Below are positions 59,552 to 64,000 of a DNA stretch of 64,000 bases, piece after piece. Under the pieces are notes generated by a model. It was not told the DNA's origin, searched no databases, and saw only the letters and a program-made list of their open reading frames with translations. The stretch's first letter is position 1; the number at the start of each line of letters is the position of its first letter. The stretch is taken from assembly GCF_009914755.1 (NCBI RefSeq), contig NC_060944.1. One strand, given 5' to 3'. The position numbers and the translations under genes are program-made. The DNA is from the human T2T-CHM13v2.0 reference genome, Homo sapiens.

Positions 59552-59632
59552 GTACTTCGGAGGCTGAGGTGAGAGGATTGCTTGAGCCCAGCAGTTCAAG
59601 GATGCAGTGAGCTATGATCATGCCACAGCACT
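59552..59632 (+). mobile_element. Truncated AluJo/FRAM right-arm fragment
   Basis: 'ggaggctgaggtgagaggattgcttgagcccagcagttcaaggatgcagtgagctatgatcatgccacagcact', truncated at both ends. Confidence 0.85.
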
Positions 59633-59642
59633 AAATAGATGT

Positions 59643-59980
<338 letters not shown>

Positions 59981-61628
59981 TACACACACACACAAAGCTA
60001 CAGTAATTACAGTAATCAAGACTGTAATATGGGTGAATGAATAGACAAATCAATGGACCAGAATAAACATCCTAGAAATAGACCCACATAAAAATAGTTG
60101 ATCTTTGACAGAGGAACAAAGGTAGTACAATAGAGAAAAGATAGTCTTTCAAAAAATAATAATGGAACAACTGGTCATTCACATGCAAAGAAAATGAATC
60201 TAGACGCAGATCTCACACTCTTCACAAAAATTAACTCAAAATGGACCATAAACCTAAATGTAAAACACAAAATTATAAGACTCTTAGAAGATAACATAAA
60301 ATAAAATCTAAATGACCTTGTGTATGGTGATAACTTTTTAGATACTATTTACATTATTACACCAAAAGCATGAAACATGAAAGAAAGAACTGATAAGCTA
60401 GACTTCATTAAAATTAAAAGCTGTTCTTGAGAAGACAATGTCAAGAGAATGAAAAGACAAGCCACAGACCAACAGAAAATATTTGTAAAAGACACATCTG
60501 ATATAGGACTGTTACCTAAAATATACAAAGAACTGTTAAAAACTCAACAGAAACAAAAAAACCCTGATTTTAAAATGGGCAAAGGACCTGTACACACACC
60601 TTTGTGTGTTGTGTTGTGAAGATATATGGATAACAAATAAACATCTAAGCAGATGCTTCACATCATATGTCACCAGGGAACTGCAAATTAAAACAGCAAT
60701 GAGATATCACTACATACCCATCAGAATGGTAAAAATCCAAAACACTGATGACATCAAATGCTAGTGAGGATGTGGAGTAGCAGGATCTCTCATTCATTGC
60801 TGGTGGGAATGCAAAATGGTACAGCCGCATTGAAAGACAGTTTGGCAGTTTCCTATAAAACTAAACATACTCTTATTGCATGATGTAGCAATCACACTCC
60901 TTGGTATTTACCCAAAGGAGCTGAAAACTTATGTCCATGCAAAAATATGCACATGGATGTTTATAGCAGCTTTATTCATAATTGCCAAAACTTGAAAGCA
61001 ATCAAGATGTCTTTCAGTAGGAGAATAGATAAAAACTGTGGTACATCCAGACAATAGCATATTATTTAATACTAAGGAAAAATGAGCTATCAAAACATGA
61101 AAATAGATGGAGGAAACTTAGATGTATGTTCTTAAGTGAATGGAGACTATCGGAAAAGGCCACATACTGTGTGATTCCAACTATATGACATTCTGGAAAA
61201 GACAAAACTACGGAAACAGTAAAAAGAATCGGTGGTTGCCAGGGGTTGGGGGGAAAGGATGAATAAGGAAGAGCACAGAGGATTTTCAGGGTAGTGAAAC
61301 TACTTTGTGTGATAATGTAATGGTGGATACATGTCATTCTAGATCTGTCCAAGCCCAAGATATGTACAACACCAAGAGAGAACCCTAAGGTAAACTATGG
61401 ACTCTGAGTGATAAAGATGTGTCAGTGAAGGTTTGTTGATTATAACAAACATAACGCTCTGGTTTGGGATATAGGAAACTGCTGCCACATACACACAACT
61501 GTGTGTATGTGGGAGCAGGGGAAATATGGGATATCTCTCTACCTTCCACTCAGTTTTGCTATGAACCTAAAAGTGATGCAAAAAAGAAAGTGTATTTTAA
61601 AATTAAATTTCAAAAAGCTAGCATTTAA

Positions 61629-62162
<534 letters not shown>

Positions 62163-62301
62163 TGTGTACACATAATTTAATTTTCACAACAATGCTATAA
62201 GATGGTTCTATTACTGGGTTGGAGTATACTTCTTCAAATGAAATTCTGTGTCAAAACTGACCTGTGAAAGACCTCAGGTGTCTTAGAATTGACCGTGGTT
62301 A

Positions 62302-62603
62302 GGCTGGGCGCGGTGACTCATGCCTGTAATACCAGCACTTTGGGAGGGTGAGGCAGGCGGATCACGAGGTCAGGAGTTAGAAACCAGCCTGGCCAATGTG
62401 GTGAAACCCTGTCTCTAGAAAAAATACAAAAATTAGCCGGGTGTGGTGGCACATGCCTGTACTCCCAGCTACTCAGGAGGCTGAGGCAGAAGAATCGCTT
62501 GAACCCAGGAGGTGGAGGTTGCAGTGAGCCGAGATCGTGCCACTGCACCCCAGCCTAGGCGACAGAGCAAGATTCCATCTCAACGACAAAAAAAAGAAAA
62601 AAA
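62302..62603 (+). mobile_element. Alu (AluSg-like)
   Basis: TSD agaatt(g/a)acc(g/a)tggtt at 62285-62300 and 62604-62619. Confidence 0.95.
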
Positions 62604-63129
62604 AGAATTAACCATGGTTTATCCCTCTGGAGGACAGAAGTATGAGGCAGAAGTCATTGAAAGAATTTTCATGCCTCTCAACAAAAGCAGATTTGGACTT
62701 TCGAGAGTTGACTCTGGCTGCAATATAGGAGATGAACAGAAGAAGAGGAGAATGGCATTTGAGAAGCAATCCAGATGAGAGATGGGGTGGCCTGAACCTG
62801 GGCAATGCCTGGGAGGAGTGGAGGATTTAGGAAGAAGAATCCCCCTGGTCCAGGACTAAGTGCATTGCCAGGGCAGGAGGAAGGGTGTCCAGGCAACTTA
62901 CTCACCTGTCTCAGTTCACTCCTTATCAGTGAAGGTTCCTAACCACAAGCCACAGATACCAACTCTGATCAGCGTAAGCAGAAAAGAAATAAACTAGGAA
63001 GAAATGGGGTGGTACAGAAAATTGCCAGAACTGACTAACCAGGTTAGGGGCAGAAACAGGTGCTTCAGGTGCCCCATGTTACAATTGCTTGGCCCCAGCT
63101 GTGGTGAATAGATCTATTCACATTGATCA

Positions 63130-63510
63130 TGTTCTACTTCAGGGGCCTACTCCATCTCTGCTTTTCTGCCTTGGGACTTTCTTGAAATCCCAGGAGTCTG
63201 CTCAGCCCACGCATAGGTTCAGTTCAGAAGTGCAAGAATATGGCCACTCCTGGAGGCAATCCAATGGGGAAGGACTCTGGCACATAAATGCCTACTATTC
63301 TTTTTGCTTCTCAGAGGTCCCTGGAGTTGAGCCCCATTTCCTTTAGGAGCCACCTTGAGAATGCACCCTTTCTAGGCTTTTCCTCCTTCCCGCTGTCATT
63401 CTCCTTACTTCCTCGTACCTACTTCCTGGGATCACCTCCCAAATAAACCATCTCCACCTGAGGTTCTTGTTTCAAGCTCTGCTTTTGGAAAAACCTGAAG
63501 ACAGAGACTC
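63130..63510 (+). mobile_element. LTR16-family LTR, apparently within an old MLT1 (~62905-63970)
   Basis: 'ttcctgggatcacctcccaaataaac...ctctgcttttggaaaaacc'; flanking 'tagctgcaagggaggctgggaaa' is MLT1-like. Confidence 0.65.
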
Positions 63511-64000
63511 TGCAACAGGGAACCATACTGAAAATCAAAGTACAGGACAAAGTGGTCCAGGAAGCACACCTCTGATCTAGGGGAGCACTGAACATGGTGA
63601 AGTGCATCACTGACCCCTCCCACCTGGGAGCCTGGATGCTGCCTCAGCACCACGACCACCCCTGCTGCAGGAACACGAATTTCCTGTGACTGCTGCCCTT
63701 GTCATGCAAGCCTTCCTCACCATCCTCATTTCTTGTGTCACTTGTTTTCTCTCCAGAGTGTGGGTAAGTGTACCTGACTGGCTAAGCCCAGCTCACATGA
63801 CCATCCTGTAGCTGCAAGGGAGGCTGGGAAATTGAATACGTCTCCTTGGAGGTTTTGAAATCCCAAGTGATGTCTGCCTCCCATTAAGACTCATAATATG
63901 AGGAATTCTCCAAATATAGCAAACAGAGGCAGGATGGCCCCCAAATAAATAATATCCATCCCACATATCGCACAGGTTAGGGCTGGACCCACTTGGATAC

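Noticed and set aside
59552-59642. 7SL RNA pseudogene interpretation of the Alu-like fragment
   Set aside because: It reads 'gcagtgagctatgatcatgccac' (Alu right-arm/FRAM type) and lacks the 7SL S-domain sequence.

Overview
Primate genomic DNA, most likely human given the AluJ/S/Y, L1PA, MER and MST repeats. It is intergenic or deep intronic and dominated by transposable elements. I find no protein-coding gene, CpG island or RNA gene, and the supplied ORFs are explained by repeats or chance. The only gene-derived sequence is a disabled 3' fragment of an RPL7 processed pseudogene (59643-59980), fused behind a truncated Alu arm inside a near-full-length old L1MC element. Other notable structures: (1) a two-LTR LTR41/ERV-L provirus in which gag is joined directly to dUTPase with pol deleted (27377-33700); (2) a deep nest MLT1 > L1MA > MER2 > (MER52A, opposite-strand MER2) at 9.8-13.0 kb; (3) a homogeneous 60-bp minisatellite at 20.5 kb; (4) a three-armed mosaic Alu at 61.7-62.2 kb; (5) a ~220-nt Alu-tail polypurine tract; (6) a 14-bp palindromic CRE beside an AP-1 site. 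I did not find convincing evidence of a novel biological system. Repeat subfamily names come from my recall of consensus sequences and need RepeatMasker/Dfam confirmation. Boundaries without TSD support are approximate.
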